Positions 27,040 through 36,168 of a stretch of 64,000 nucleotides of DNA are shown piece after piece. Position 1 is the first letter of the stretch, and every line of letters starts with the position of its first letter. Location: positions 1 to 64,000 of IMG/VR virus record IMGVR_UViG_3300005253_000487; one strand, written 5' to 3'. Under the pieces are notes generated by a model. It made no database searches. It was not told the origin of the DNA and worked only from the letters and a program-made list of their open reading frames with translations. The position numbers were made by a program, and so were the translations under genes. This stretch comes from a virus.

Positions 27040-28091
27040 AAGCGGCATGGCACATTGATCGCATCGCACAGCTACGCGCAGGGGAGCAGATCGCCCCGGT
27101 GGAGCTTCAATTCATTCTCTCTGATCTATGTAACCAGGCCTGTCACTTCTGTGCCTACCGTGCGGAAGCTGGTCTCTCCTCTGAAGGTTTCGTGGAGTGG
27201 GAAGATGGGAAGCGCAACCATAATCCTAACCGCATGATTGGGCGGGACAAGGCCTTGGAGATTTTGGACGATGCGGCGCGTATGGGGGTTCGGAGTATTA
27301 TCTTTACCGGCGGTGGTGAACCAACAGTGCATCCAAACCATTTGGAGATCTTCCAACATGCACTTGACTTGGGTCTCGAGTGCTCACTCAATACCAATGG
27401 TATTCTGTTGCGAAAGGGATGGGAAGAGGTGTTGAGCAGATTTACGTATGTGCGTTTCTCAATTGATGCGGGTACGGCGGATGAGTACGCTGCTATACGG
27501 CGTGTGCCTTCCGAACAATACCAGTGTGCTCTTACTAACCTGGCGCAGGTTGTGGAGGTGTGTGCTCTGCGGAGTTGTGTGGTAGGGGCGGGATATGTTG
27601 TAACACCGGAGAATTATAAGAATCTAGTGGAAGGGGTGCGTGCTATTCGTGCAACTCAGGCGCAGTACGTGAGGCTCGCTTCCATGCAATCTACCGCCCA
27701 GGGCGCGCCGTTTGCTCATGTGCTTTCCGAGGTACATCACTACTTGCATCTGGCGAAGGGGGAGGCGACGTCGGATTTTGAGGTTATTGATTTATTCGAT
27801 TTGGTCTTGGGACGTACACCCGCTGAATCCTTGTGCGGGATGCAGCATTTTGTGCTCTATATTGGTGGTAACCTCAGGGTCTATCGCTGTTGTTATACAG
27901 CGTATACGCAGCTTGGTGAGATTGGGGATCTACGTGAGCAATCCTTTGGTGATTGGTTCAAGAGCACTGCGAAGAAAGAAGCTATAGCAACGTTTGACGC
28001 AAGGGCGTGTGCGGTATGCCCACTTGAGCATAAGAACGAGACAATCAGATACATGGTTAATCAAAATCCTTCACACGTCAACTTCGTTTAA
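27015..28091 (+). CDS. Radical SAM protein with SPASM/twitch-like domain
   Basis: CNQACHFC, FTGGGEP, NTNG, RFSIDAG, C...G.VYRCC...CAVC. Confidence 0.9.
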   Translation: MGQYYSELKAAWHIDRIAQLRAGEQIAPVELQFILSDLCNQACHFCAYRAEAGLSSEGFVEWEDGKRNHNPNRMIGRDKALEILDDAARMGVRSIIFTGGGEPTVHPNHLEIFQHALDLGLECSLNTNGILLRKGWEEVLSRFTYVRFSIDAGTADEYAAIRRVPSEQYQCALTNLAQVVEVCALRSCVVGAGYVVTPENYKNLVEGVRAIRATQAQYVRLASMQSTAQGAPFAHVLSEVHHYLHLAKGEATSDFEVIDLFDLVLGRTPAESLCGMQHFVLYIGGNLRVYRCCYTAYTQLGEIGDLREQSFGDWFKSTAKKEAIATFDARACAVCPLEHKNETIRYMVNQNPSHVNFV

Positions 28092-28431
28092 GGAAGGGAG
28101 CCTTTATGTATCGTCGAACATGGTTAGGAAACATACTATTGGCATTGGTGGGTTGGTGGACAGGCCTTACCATTCGTCCACCATCGGCACCCGTTGTGAA
28201 GAAGCAGACAGTGCACGTAACAATACAGGCCCTAGGGGCAGAGAAGCTCCAGGCGACGTTGGAAGCTGCGGCCTCTACTAGCATCCGCGTGGCCATAGGT
28301 AGGTATCCGACAGCGGCAGAGATGACGATGGAGGAAGTAGACCTCAGCGGCAAGTCAATCTATTGGGGCAGCAAGCTCCCGCTGCCGATCGGTCCGGGGG
28401 AAACGGTATACGCGAGAGCGCAGGCCTACAA

Positions 28432-29148
28432 GTGAAATATTCCGTCTGTGTGCCTTACTGGAAGCGCCAAGGGGCGCTGGATAAGATGGTGGAACAGTAC
28501 GACCGCCTGTATTCGGACTTTGACCTCGAGTACTCGATTTGCGATGATGGATCACCTAAGCCTGCAATAGTGCCACGCATGACGCGGAGTGGACGACTGT
28601 GTGTTATGACAAGACTTTCGGAGAAGAAGCACGCGTTGAACCCGTGCGTGCCCATCAACAAGGCGGTGGAGAAGTCGACGGGGGACATCATCATCCTAAC
28701 GAATGCGGAGGTGGTACACCTAGAGGCCATCTTGCCTGAGATGCGTGGGTTGTTGACAGACGCCACGTCCTATGTGATAGCACGGTGTTGGGACACGCGG
28801 GGGAAGTGGATAGCAGGTCCGGAGACGGACTACTCCATACATGGTCCGCGGGAGCCCTGTCCACCTGGCGGACACATGCACTTCTTGACCATGCTGCGGC
28901 GGGAATTGTGGGAGGCGGCGGGTGGGTTCGATGAGGAGTATCGTAACGGGCAGGGCTGTGATGACAACGATTGGTTGTGGCGTCTATACGCTGTGGGCGC
29001 CCAATTCAAGACAACGCTTGGGCATGTGCAGCACGCTCCGAGTAAAAGTGTCCGGTGGGGCCTTCCGCACAACCGCGCTCTCTTCCATCGCAAGTGGCCC
29101 TCGGAGATGCGTACTCATCTCATTGCAGCAGGTGGAGGTTTGAGGTGA
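28432..29148 (+). CDS. Glycosyltransferase family 2
   Basis: SVCVPY, DDGS, GGFDEEY..G.G.DDND. Confidence 0.88.
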   Translation: MKYSVCVPYWKRQGALDKMVEQYDRLYSDFDLEYSICDDGSPKPAIVPRMTRSGRLCVMTRLSEKKHALNPCVPINKAVEKSTGDIIILTNAEVVHLEAILPEMRGLLTDATSYVIARCWDTRGKWIAGPETDYSIHGPREPCPPGGHMHFLTMLRRELWEAAGGFDEEYRNGQGCDDNDWLWRLYAVGAQFKTTLGHVQHAPSKSVRWGLPHNRALFHRKWPSEMRTHLIAAGGGLR

Positions 29149-29361
29149 AGGGATGACGTTTATACGCGTGGGTTACGTGGGGTTTTCATATTGCCGCTGG
29201 TATCAGCCGGCGCTCGGCCTCACGAGATGGTGGCTCCCGACCTTCCGGATCTACCGATCGCTGTGGCTGGGAAAACTGGAGATCAGACTGTACCGTCCCA
29301 CCGCCCTGCGTGCGATTGGAGCTGTAATGAGCGTGCGGAATATATGGGAGACGACAGAACA

Positions 29362-30906
29362 ATGACATTACTGGGTGGGGACTACCAGACCGCCGTGCGG
29401 ATGTCTGCAAAACTTGCAGCGATACCCTTGCCGAAGGACATGACAGGGATGCGTGTACTTGATGTTGGGTGTGATTTTGGTGCATTTTGTAAGTTGGCCA
29501 GTGACCGGGGGGCACGGGAGGTAGTAGGTGTAGACCGTGGACGCATTGTACGTGGTAAGGGTTTCGTAGACTTGGTTGCACATAACACAGCGCAAGGCTG
29601 GGAGCGGTGTACGTTTGTAGAAGCAGACTTGGGGGTGGAGTGGCCTGACTTGGGCAGTTTCGAACTGGTGCTGTGCTTCTCCCTGTATCATCACTGGTAT
29701 GGACAGTGCGCGGACCACTATCTTATTTGGCAATGGCTTGCACAACATACGGCGGCGGACGGACTATTACTGTGGGAGGGTCCGTTTAGCAGTCTGGACG
29801 GAACGGCGCGGCAGGTGACGCAACGCGTTGGTGATTACAATCGCAATGCCATCCTTGCCGCAGCCGAACAATTCTTCGACATCGAGGTGGTGGGACCAGC
29901 ACAGCATAGGGCTAATCGAGAAGTGTGGCGTGGGTTTCTGCGGAGGATGGATGTTATTACGAGTATGCGGGACGTTGAGGAGCGGCGCCGGGAAAGCCTC
30001 GGCCGCGTTCAGCGAACAGCGGATGCGCGAGGTGTACGAGATGATGGGGTGGTGGCCGTTCGCCGGCACACTGAACTTGCAGCCGAGGTGGCCAGAAGGG
30101 ACGAGGCCGAGCAACTTCGGGGAGCTGAAGCTCTTACTCGGACCCCCGCTGCGGGAAACGGAACACGACACCAAAATAGGACCGCTTCAGTGGTGGCCAG
30201 GAAAGTTAGAACTGCCGGAAGGCGACACAAGAAACGCCCTCCTGGTGCGGGGTGTACACACCGCAACCAACTACTTGGAATTAGTGACGCAGTTAGCAGT
30301 GAGATACTCGACAGACAACGGGATAAGGAACGGCGACAGGATTTGCTTTACCCATACCACGCTCTAATCTTAGGGGGTGGTCAGGGTGTGTGGGATGAAG
30401 TGTTGGCGTGGGAAGAGATGTACGGCGGGAGGTGGGACGGCCTTGTTGTAGCGGCGAATGATGTAGGCAGTCATTGGCCCCGGGCATTGGACCACTGGGT
30501 TACTCTCCATCCAAATAGACTTATCAGCTGGATAGCAATTCGCAAGAGCTACGGCTTCGTCGATGGGTTTGAGACGTGGGGTCGGCGCAAGTTGAATGCG
30601 ATTGACCATTACATCCAACCGTGGGCGGGTGGATCGAGTGGTATGCTCGCCGTCCAAGTTGCACGTCAGCTGGGATGTACGCGAGGGATATTGTGTGGGA
30701 TACCGATGACACCCTCGCCTCACTTCATAGAAAGTACGGTGCACCCGGGCACGAAGAACTGGAACGAGGTGGCGGGACATTGGCGCTCGTGGGCCCGGCA
30801 CATGAATCGTATGACGGGATGGGTGCGCTCGATGAGTGGGCGGACGGCGGACGTGTTGGGCGTACCTGACGTAGATTGGTTGTTGAGTGAAGAGGAGTGT
30901 GTGTGA
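29362..30906 (+). CDS. Methyltransferase (N-term) joined in one ORF to a C-terminal MptE/Maf-like Rossmann domain; middle segment looks off-frame
   Basis: VLDVGCDFG; C-terminal ALILGGG...AAND...HWVTLHP...GSSG...ILCGIPM; gene structure uncertain. Confidence 0.6.
   Translation: MTLLGGDYQTAVRMSAKLAAIPLPKDMTGMRVLDVGCDFGAFCKLASDRGAREVVGVDRGRIVRGKGFVDLVAHNTAQGWERCTFVEADLGVEWPDLGSFELVLCFSLYHHWYGQCADHYLIWQWLAQHTAADGLLLWEGPFSSLDGTARQVTQRVGDYNRNAILAAAEQFFDIEVVGPAQHRANREVWRGFLRRMDVITSMRDVEERRRESLGRVQRTADARGVRDDGVVAVRRHTELAAEVARRDEAEQLRGAEALTRTPAAGNGTRHQNRTASVVARKVRTAGRRHKKRPPGAGCTHRNQLLGISDAVSSEILDRQRDKERRQDLLYPYHALILGGGQGVWDEVLAWEEMYGGRWDGLVVAANDVGSHWPRALDHWVTLHPNRLISWIAIRKSYGFVDGFETWGRRKLNAIDHYIQPWAGGSSGMLAVQVARQLGCTRGILCGIPMTPSPHFIESTVHPGTKNWNEVAGHWRSWARHMNRMTGWVRSMSGRTADVLGVPDVDWLLSEEECV
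29951..30367 (+). CDS. CTP-dependent riboflavin kinase-like (DUF120) domain, nested in +1 frame
   Basis: G.LRSGAGKAS, GWWPFAGTLNL, LELV...GD; GGAGG 4 nt upstream of ATG. Confidence 0.7.
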   Translation: MLLRVCGTLRSGAGKASAAFSEQRMREVYEMMGWWPFAGTLNLQPRWPEGTRPSNFGELKLLLGPPLRETEHDTKIGPLQWWPGKLELPEGDTRNALLVRGVHTATNYLELVTQLAVRYSTDNGIRNGDRICFTHTTL

Positions 30907-31077
30907 ACGACCTGGGTCTGCAATCCCTGGCATTTGCCAAGCGGTACGTGTCGTTGACAGACGCATTGATGTCCCAGGGTGTTGCCGAGGCCAAGGCGCG
31001 GGAGGAAGCGCGAGCTACGGCATTGATAATGATGTATCATGAGAATCCAGATAACCCTTGTCCTTTGTGTGGTGGTG

Positions 31078-32070
31078 ATGCTTAGCCTCGCGGATGCGAT
31101 TGTTGTTAATCAAGGCGACAGCGAACACCTAATGTTCCGCTTCCACAATACGGCGCGCCGGATCGCGGATCAGTTTGGTCCGCAGACAGCGAGGGCGTGG
31201 GCGCGTGCAGTAGCCAATGTGCAGGACGCTATTGATGAGAAGGCCTTGCGCGCCGCGTTGGCTGCAAAGGATCTCGCGCAAGTGGACGCCGCTGTGAGTG
31301 CCTCCCGTTTCGGGAAGGCGTTGCAAGCACTGGAGGACCCATTTGCCCGCACGGCTGGTGCGACAGGGACAGCGAGTGCCGAGACGTTGGAGGAGGCGGG
31401 CTTCATCATGCAATTCAACGCCACGCATCCCAACGTGATTCTGTTTGCACGTGACCAGGCGGCGGCGCTAGTAGTGGACGTGACGGCAGATGTACGTGAA
31501 GCGATACGCACGGTGGTGGCGTTGGGGGCGCAAGAAGGGCTAACCATAGTAAAGCAAGCGCAGGCCATACGGCAGGTCGTAGGGCTACCCCCTCCCTGGG
31601 CTGAGGCACCCTTGCGCTTAGGTAAGGAGCTTAGGGAGGGACGGGCGGCAGCGGCCACAGGAAGGCGCTTATCTGCTACCACTAAGCAAGAGATCCGCCG
31701 TCGCATCTCTCGCGGGACAGTCACGGAGGCCTTCATCGAGCGGATGCAAGAGCGGTACAGTAAATCCCTTATCAATAGACGGGGTTTGAACATTGCGCGG
31801 ACCGAGAGTCTGCGTGCGGCCAATTTTGGACAGCAAGACAGTTGGGTGCAGGCGATGAGGCAGAAGGTCTTGCCACGGGACAGTAGGCGCTTCTGGATCG
31901 TTACCCCGGACGAGAAGCTCTCCGAAACACATGCACGCATTCCTGGTATGAATCCAAACGGGCGAAGTATGACCGAACCATTTCAAACAACTGAAGGTCC
32001 TTTTATGTTTCCACCTTCAAGGCCAAACTGCCGTTGCGGTATTGGCTTGGGGATAGGGCAGGGGCGATGA
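31078..32070 (+). CDS. Head morphogenesis protein (SPP1 gp7/Mu F-like)
   Basis: IARTE..RAAN, WIVTPD, PPSRPNCRC. Confidence 0.85.
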   Translation: MLSLADAIVVNQGDSEHLMFRFHNTARRIADQFGPQTARAWARAVANVQDAIDEKALRAALAAKDLAQVDAAVSASRFGKALQALEDPFARTAGATGTASAETLEEAGFIMQFNATHPNVILFARDQAAALVVDVTADVREAIRTVVALGAQEGLTIVKQAQAIRQVVGLPPPWAEAPLRLGKELREGRAAAATGRRLSATTKQEIRRRISRGTVTEAFIERMQERYSKSLINRRGLNIARTESLRAANFGQQDSWVQAMRQKVLPRDSRRFWIVTPDEKLSETHARIPGMNPNGRSMTEPFQTTEGPFMFPPSRPNCRCGIGLGIGQGR

Positions 32071-32396
32071 AGAAGAAGGAGACGGCGGCGGAGTTGGTGA
32101 CGAGACACATGAGTACCCTTACACGGTTGACGGACTTGTGGCCAAGTCTCTCGGTCTCGGCACAACAGATGTTGTTGAAGCAGGTGCAATTGTTGGTGGG
32201 TGAGAAGTATAATGGCGTTATGGAATTGCATTGTACGATGGGTGGTGTGCGCCTGTTGCGTGCACCACGGGACTTCCGTCCTACCAATGGCGAGGGGTCA
32301 AGCAAAGAAAGGTAGGTCTTGTTCTCAGTGCAAGATGCTACTATTGTTCGTTTGAATGGAGCCGCAGTTTTCATCACAGAAGGGGAGAAGTAGACC

Positions 32397-32909
32397 ATGA
32401 CTACACAGACAAGGACGCTGGGTGTTGGGGAACCAGTGCTCCGCAATGGAGAGATGCATTTGGTTACTGACATGGTGAAGCGGTTTTCCCAGGAGGACGG
32501 GACACCCTTCATGCTGGTCGTGTATGAGAACACGGCCCACAAGGTCACAGCGCTTGCGAGCGATCAACGGTGGGACGATGAGCTGGGTTGTTGGTACTCG
32601 TGGGGTGTGGTGATTAGTAAAGCGGATCGTGCAATCGTGGCAGAGTTGCGCGATCGGGGTTTGTTACCTTGTCGTAAAACGCGCACACCAGGTAACCCAC
32701 CCGCCGGTGGAGAGCACCTCAATTTGTTCAAGGCGTTGTTCCACTTGAAGCCCGCGCAGTTTTGGAACGCTGCGATGGCGGAAGTGCGGAAGGGTGGCGA
32801 CCTCCCGGTTGAAGCACAGGCGGCCGTTGCGGCCTATACTGAACGTTACAAGCAACCTCTCAGCGAAGGTTACGCTGATCCAGATGCCGACGACTCGGTG
32901 GGGGAGTAA
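32397..32909 (+). CDS. Hypothetical protein
   Basis: 170 aa with RBS. Confidence 0.6.
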   Translation: MTTQTRTLGVGEPVLRNGEMHLVTDMVKRFSQEDGTPFMLVVYENTAHKVTALASDQRWDDELGCWYSWGVVISKADRAIVAELRDRGLLPCRKTRTPGNPPAGGEHLNLFKALFHLKPAQFWNAAMAEVRKGGDLPVEAQAAVAAYTERYKQPLSEGYADPDADDSVGE

Positions 32910-32912
32910 ACC

Positions 32913-33380
32913 ATGGCAGACTTTCATTACAACGAAGCGGCGAAGAAGGTTTACGACCAGACGTTGGATATGGTTGCCGACGCTGCGGTCAAGGTAGGCC
33001 TGTCTACGTCTGTACACGTTCCTATCAGGGACGACGACTTCCTGGACGAAGTGGGCGCCGATGATTTCATCGACGGCGAACTCACCGGTACGGGGTACAC
33101 CTCCGGTTTTGGTAACTCGGGGCGTAAGGCGTTGGCTTCTCGCGCCATTGTTGTTGACAAGCCCAACAACCGCGCCGAGTTTGATGCCGCTGATGTTACA
33201 TGGACTGGTATCGACGCAGGTACGGCAGCGCAAGCAACGATCATGAAAGAGATTACGAACGACGCTGCAAGTATAACGATTGCGAACATTGATTCGGGAG
33301 GCTTCCCAATTGTGACCAACGGCGGTGACCTCACGATTCAATGGAACGCGGAAGGCATCATTCAATTGCGGACCACTTAA
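32913..33380 (+). CDS. Putative virion structural protein
   Basis: FDAADVTW...TNGGDLTIQWN.EGI motif typical of small phage structural proteins. Confidence 0.65.
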   Translation: MADFHYNEAAKKVYDQTLDMVADAAVKVGLSTSVHVPIRDDDFLDEVGADDFIDGELTGTGYTSGFGNSGRKALASRAIVVDKPNNRAEFDAADVTWTGIDAGTAAQATIMKEITNDAASITIANIDSGGFPIVTNGGDLTIQWNAEGIIQLRTT

Positions 33381-33400
33381 AAAGGCTAGATTGCCGAGGA

Positions 33401-34024
33401 ATGAAAATCTTCGTACAGTGGGCCAAGGCAACACGTCGGGCTTATCGGCAGATGGATTCTGCCGATTGGCCTAGCCTCCCCCGTAAGGCGGAACCCAAGG
33501 CGACTCGCACCCCGGTCTTTGATGAGGCTGGGCGTGTGGTGGACTTCAGCGGCGGTAAGGAAACCCTAGACGACGCGGACGGGTGGATTGATGGTGTGTG
33601 CGTCATGGGACGGCGGTGTTGGGGGGACCACGTTGCTGTTGAGGAAGTCGGGGATACGTTGCGGGTTATTATGTGGAACAACGATCCCGGCGACTACGCT
33701 CAGGATGAGATGACGGCGATGGTCTGGACATTTTATCCCGAGATCGTGGATTGGACTGTACGCTCAGGTGACGGAACGCTCCGCAACGTGGGGCCGCGTG
33801 AGGACCTCGATTGGTACATGAGTCCCACACGCAAGGCTGAGTTGGCAGCCGCAGGAACCTTGCCACTGCTAGTTGGTAGTGGTGAGTTTGCTCGCGTCCT
33901 TCCCTATGTTGATTTCGTGCCGCCTCCTCCTGCAAAAACACTTCACGGTATTTGGCTCCTTCAAGACGTGAGTGACGCTTTGGCGGCAGTACCGACTCCA
34001 GGTTATCGGGAGTGGTTCAAGTGA
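33401..34024 (+). CDS. Hypothetical protein
   Basis: GAGG RBS, in late operon. Confidence 0.55.
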   Translation: MKIFVQWAKATRRAYRQMDSADWPSLPRKAEPKATRTPVFDEAGRVVDFSGGKETLDDADGWIDGVCVMGRRCWGDHVAVEEVGDTLRVIMWNNDPGDYAQDEMTAMVWTFYPEIVDWTVRSGDGTLRNVGPREDLDWYMSPTRKAELAAAGTLPLLVGSGEFARVLPYVDFVPPPPAKTLHGIWLLQDVSDALAAVPTPGYREWFK

Positions 34025-34569
34025 CCATTACTTATGAGTTTGATGGTGCTACTGGTTTTGATAGTGGTTGTACACCGGCAACAGCTTTTAACAAAAATGC
34101 GCGCCTGGGGCGAATTGACTCGACCTTTTTAAGCCGACTCATTCCCCCGGCCACAACAGATGAAATCAGTATGTCTTGGACGACACCTGGGGGCGAGCCC
34201 GGCTTTGCCGACTGGCCTCTTGGTGCTTATGTCGCGCGCATTAATATCAATGCTATTGACTCCGTCGCCAGTATTAAGTTTCAGCTTTTACGCGTGCAGT
34301 CTGGGTGTACAGTAGACGAGACGTTGGGAACGTCCGGCTCTGTCTCTACAACAGGCAATAAGACTTTTACTGTTAACACGGACCCCACGTCTGGGGCGGC
34401 GGGTGATAGATTTCAGTGCCGGATCCTTGGTTCTAACAGCGACCTACACATGACCCAAAATTTCACTATTAACCCAGATATTTCGACCCGATCTGTGATC
34501 GAAGGGCCTTGGTCAGTCGGGGGCATTGCTATTCCTATTGTTTATCACCACCGCCAGAGGAATTTTTAG
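34021..34569 (+). CDS. Putative beta-rich virion protein
   Basis: Thr/Ser/Gly-rich; GTGA overlap. Confidence 0.55.
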   Translation: MTITYEFDGATGFDSGCTPATAFNKNARLGRIDSTFLSRLIPPATTDEISMSWTTPGGEPGFADWPLGAYVARININAIDSVASIKFQLLRVQSGCTVDETLGTSGSVSTTGNKTFTVNTDPTSGAAGDRFQCRILGSNSDLHMTQNFTINPDISTRSVIEGPWSVGGIAIPIVYHHRQRNF

Positions 34570-36168
34570 ATGAGCTTCCAGGGTTTTCTAAGACAATCCA
34601 CAGCCGTAGATGTGAAGATTGGGCCGTTCGTTGATAGTGGTGACGGCGATGCGGAGGAAACTGGACTGACAATAGCTCAGGCCGATGTGCTTCTTAGTAA
34701 GAACGGGCAGACTGGGGCGCAAAAGAATGATGCGACTTCCTGTGCGCATGCCGAAGACGGGATGTATAACTGTGAGTTAGATGCGACTGACACGGACACC
34801 GTAGGGCAACTCACGCTGGGAGTTCATGTGGCAGGTGCTCTCTTCGTCCGTCACGATTGGCAGGTTGTTGAGGAGGCCGTGTATGGTCGGGATTACGCTT
34901 CTGGAGCAACTGGGGTTGATCCCGATTGGACAAACGCCGGTCGGTTGGATGCGATCTTGGACATTATCGCCGCCGATGTGGTCAATATCGACGGCGCGGC
35001 AATGCGGGGCACGGACGGTGCCAACACCACAACACCACCGACAGCCGGTACGATAGCCGACGCGGTACAGGATGAGCCTATTGAGGGTCATGTTGTACAA
35101 GGTACTACGGGTTGGGCAACGGCACTTGCTGTCTACGCCGGTCCCGATGGTCCAGGTATTTACATTGATAGCGGCGCGGGCAATACAAATACCGTTGTTG
35201 GTACAGACGGTACTGAGATCAATCCCGTCTCGACGTTTGCAGCAGCCCGCACACTGGCTAACGCATTGGGCTTGAAGATTTACTACCTGGAGGGTAATTC
35301 CGATATTACTCTCGCGGCCACACATGTTGACTGGGAATTTATAGGCATCGGTAGTGTGTCTGATAACGTTGTCAATCTCGGAAGCCAGGACGTGAGTCGG
35401 TCCTTGTTCCGAAACCTGACACTCGAAGGCATACAAGGCGGCACGGGTAGGATCACCGCCCGTGACTGCGCACTCCAAGACCCCGGTGCGGGTGCTACAA
35501 CACTACATATGTTCGCTGAGCGGTGTGGATTTGTTGACCGTATCGAAGTGGATACGAGTAACGACAACGTGTTCGATCAATGCTTTTCATTGGTCGCAGG
35601 CACCGCTGCTCCCGTGATTGTTGCGACGGGTGCAGCGGGTACAATATCGGTGAGACACTACAGCGGTGGACTAGAGTTTGAGTCGTTATCCGCCTCACAT
35701 AACGTCACGTGGGAGGGCATTGGTCAGATCATCTTCAACGCCAACTGCAACGTTAATGCAAATGTCAGTGTTCGTGGTGTTGGCGCGATTATCGACAACA
35801 CGGCCGGAATGGCTGCGCTGACCGAGACGTCATTGGTTAACATGACCAAGATCAACACCGAGTGTGATACAGCCCTCAGTGACATGGGGTTCTCTTCGCC
35901 TAGGAAGAACGTCGCGCTGGCGGACATCTCTGTCTTCATGGTGGCCTCAAGCGACCATGTTACGCCAAAGACGGGGCTAACCCTCACGGTAACCCGATCG
36001 CTCGACGGGGGTGCGTTTGGCGCGGGCACAGGGTCTGCTGCCGAGATCGCCAATGGCATGTACCAGTACGACGCCAGCCAGGCCGATATGAATGCCGATG
36101 TGGTGATCTTCCGGTTCACCGGCACTGACGCGGACGATACCTTCCTCACCATTCATACGCGCTCGTGA
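34570..36168 (+). CDS. Putative head-associated fibre/structural protein
   Basis: Related Ig-like terminal domains (TGLTI...SKNG...GMY; TGLTL...SLDGG...GMY) around a beta-helix-like core. Confidence 0.65.
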   Translation: MSFQGFLRQSTAVDVKIGPFVDSGDGDAEETGLTIAQADVLLSKNGQTGAQKNDATSCAHAEDGMYNCELDATDTDTVGQLTLGVHVAGALFVRHDWQVVEEAVYGRDYASGATGVDPDWTNAGRLDAILDIIAADVVNIDGAAMRGTDGANTTTPPTAGTIADAVQDEPIEGHVVQGTTGWATALAVYAGPDGPGIYIDSGAGNTNTVVGTDGTEINPVSTFAAARTLANALGLKIYYLEGNSDITLAATHVDWEFIGIGSVSDNVVNLGSQDVSRSLFRNLTLEGIQGGTGRITARDCALQDPGAGATTLHMFAERCGFVDRIEVDTSNDNVFDQCFSLVAGTAAPVIVATGAAGTISVRHYSGGLEFESLSASHNVTWEGIGQIIFNANCNVNANVSVRGVGAIIDNTAGMAALTETSLVNMTKINTECDTALSDMGFSSPRKNVALADISVFMVASSDHVTPKTGLTLTVTRSLDGGAFGAGTGSAAEIANGMYQYDASQADMNADVVIFRFTGTDADDTFLTIHTRS

